A stretch of 32,000 nucleotides of DNA, taken from NCBI GenBank assembly GCA_045656345.1, contig JAZOQZ010000002.1, positions 16,260 to 48,259 on the forward strand, written 5' to 3'. The notes beneath the pieces were generated by a model, which saw only the letters and a list, made by a program, of their open reading frames with translations, did no database searches and was not told the DNA's origin. The DNA comes from Clostridia bacterium. Lineage in GTDB: Bacteria > Bacillota > Clostridia > UMGS1840. Shown in pieces: positions 30,426-32,000 of the stretch; within the stretch, counting starts at the first letter, position 1, and every line of letters begins with the position of its first letter. Made by a program: the position numbers and the translations under genes.

Positions 30426-32000
30426 AAACATTTGCAGAATTAGATGCTAAAATTTGCAGCTGTACCGAAGCCTTAAAAGGTAAAATTGACGGTGCTGACG
30501 GAAAACGTGCTATTTTATTGTGTGGCGGTACCGGATGCTTGTCCTCCAATTCTATGGATATTAAAGCAAAATTTGAACAGCTGATTGCTGATCATAATAT
30601 GAGCGACAAAGTGACCTGCAACATCGTTGGATGTTTCGGATTCTGCTCTCAGGGACCTTTCGTAAAAATTTTCCCCGAAGATACTCTGTACCGTCTGGTG
30701 CAGGTGGATGACGTGGAAGAAATTTTTGAAAAGGATATCAAAAACGGCGAAATTGTGGAACGCCTGCTTTATGTGGAACCCTTAACCGGAGAAAAGGTTG
30801 CAAAACAGGAAGATATCAATTTCTATAAAAAGCAAAAACGTATCGCACTGCATGGTTGCGGTGTTATCAATCCGGAAGACATCAACGAAGCAATGGGCGA
30901 AGGTGCATTTGCCGGTTTAAAAAGAGCTTTGTCTATGAGTCAGAAAGAAGTGATTGACGAAGTGCTTGCCTCCGGTCTTCGCGGACGTGGAGGAGCAGGG
31001 TTCCCTTCAGGTCGTAAATGGAGCTTTGCGTATGCTAACGAAGCAGACCAGAAATATGTGGTTTGTAATGGTGACGAAGGTGACCCGGGTGCATTTATGG
31101 ACCGTTCTATCTTAGAAGGAAATCCTTTTGCCGTGCTGGAAGGCATGATGATTGCAGGGTATGCCATCGGTGCAACCGAAGGGTACTTCTATGTTCGTGC
31201 AGAATATCCCATTGCGGTTGCACGATTGAAAAATGCTATCAAGCAGATGAACGAAGCCGGTATTTTAGGCGAAAATATTATGGGAAGCGGATTTAGCTTC
31301 CAGGCACATATTCGTTTGGGCGCAGGTGCTTTCGTGTGTGGGGAAGAAACTGCTTTGTTAAATTCCATTGAAGGCAAACGCGGTATGCCCCGTCCTCGTC
31401 CTCCCTTCCCGGCGGTAAAAGGTTTGTGGGGCAAACCCACCATCGTAAATAACGTGGAAACTCTGGCTTGCGTGCCCTACATATTAAGAGAAGGCGCAGA
31501 AAAATTTGCAGAATGCGGTACCGAAAAATCCAAAGGCACTAAAGTGTTCGCGTTGGGCGGTAAAGTGAATAACGTAGGTTTGGTGGAAATCCCCATGGGC
31601 ACCACCTTACGGGAACTGATTTATGATATCGGTGGCGGTATTCCGAACGGCAAAGAATTCAAAGCAATTCAGTCCGGTGGTCCTTCCGGCGGTTGCTTAA
31701 CCAAAGAAGCTCTGGACGAACCCATCGATTTTGATAACTTGGTGGCAAAGGGCTCTATGATGGGCTCCGGCGGTGCTATCGTAATGGACGAAGACAACTG
31801 TATGGTAGACGTTGCCAAATTCTATATGGAATTTATCTGCGACGAATCCTGCGGTAAATGTTCTCCCTGCCGCATCGGTACCAAGAGAATGTTGGAAATC
31901 TTAACCCGCATTACCGAAGGTAAGGGCACTATGCAGGACTTAGAAGAACTGGAAGAACTGGGTAAAACCGTAAAAGCAAACTCTCTGTGTGCACTGGGTC
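30422..32000 (+). CDS. NuoF-like FMN/NADH-binding Fe-S subunit (HydB/HndC-type), 3' end outside the window
   Basis: Not in the ORF track because it runs off the window. The ATG overlaps the upstream TGA (ATGA). My translation gives an N-terminal Trx-like 2Fe-2S region (LLCGGTGCLSS..VGCFGFCSQGPF), GLRGRGGAGFPSGRKW, NGDEGDPGAFMDR, GAGAFVCGEETAL and ESCGKCSPCRIGT. Confidence 0.9.
   Translation, partial: MKTFAELDAKICSCTEALKGKIDGADGKRAILLCGGTGCLSSNSMDIKAKFEQLIADHNMSDKVTCNIVGCFGFCSQGPFVKIFPEDTLYRLVQVDDVEEIFEKDIKNGEIVERLLYVEPLTGEKVAKQEDINFYKKQKRIALHGCGVINPEDINEAMGEGAFAGLKRALSMSQKEVIDEVLASGLRGRGGAGFPSGRKWSFAYANEADQKYVVCNGDEGDPGAFMDRSILEGNPFAVLEGMMIAGYAIGATEGYFYVRAEYPIAVARLKNAIKQMNEAGILGENIMGSGFSFQAHIRLGAGAFVCGEETALLNSIEGKRGMPRPRPPFPAVKGLWGKPTIVNNVETLACVPYILREGAEKFAECGTEKSKGTKVFALGGKVNNVGLVEIPMGTTLRELIYDIGGGIPNGKEFKAIQSGGPSGGCLTKEALDEPIDFDNLVAKGSMMGSGGAIVMDEDNCMVDVAKFYMEFICDESCGKCSPCRIGTKRMLEILTRITEGKGTMQDLEELEELGKTVKANSLCALG

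Overview
The window looks like a chromosomal segment from a low-to-mid-GC, spore-forming, S-layer-bearing Clostridia-type Firmicute. The evidence is yqfC/yqfD/ylbJ-like sporulation genes, many SLH-domain proteins, and GGAGG ribosome-binding sites with frequent TTG/GTG starts. Most of it is housekeeping: coaE, an M18 aminopeptidase, era, mntP, a tRNA methyltransferase plus rsmI, rpsU, a TIGR01212 radical SAM gene, yqfC-yqfD-phoH, and the start of a NuoE/NuoF-type (HydC/HydB-like) flavoprotein operon. Cell-envelope genes are interspersed: a phosphodiester glycosidase, an SLH protein, a membrane-anchored 5'-nucleotidase homolog, a 948-aa S-layer protein behind two consensus promoters, and an M14 peptidase. 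I saw no transposase, integrase, CRISPR array or rRNA. The accessory-looking part is about 23.2-29.8 kb. It holds an AbrB-type regulator with a membrane-tailed MGT-family glycosyltransferase, then a tRNA-Pro(UGG) with an odd 86-bp duplication of its 3' end and flank. Next to it is the most interesting locus, on the minus strand: a promoter, a cobalamin riboswitch and a terminator, followed by three genes that all encode extracytoplasmic proteins. Two are DUF4430 (transcobalamin beta-domain-like) proteins and one is an alpha/alpha-toroid protein with SLH anchors. I interpret this as a B12-repressed cell-surface corrinoid-capture module resembling a transcobalamin split into separate polypeptides. 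All calls come from reading motifs by eye; no database search was run.
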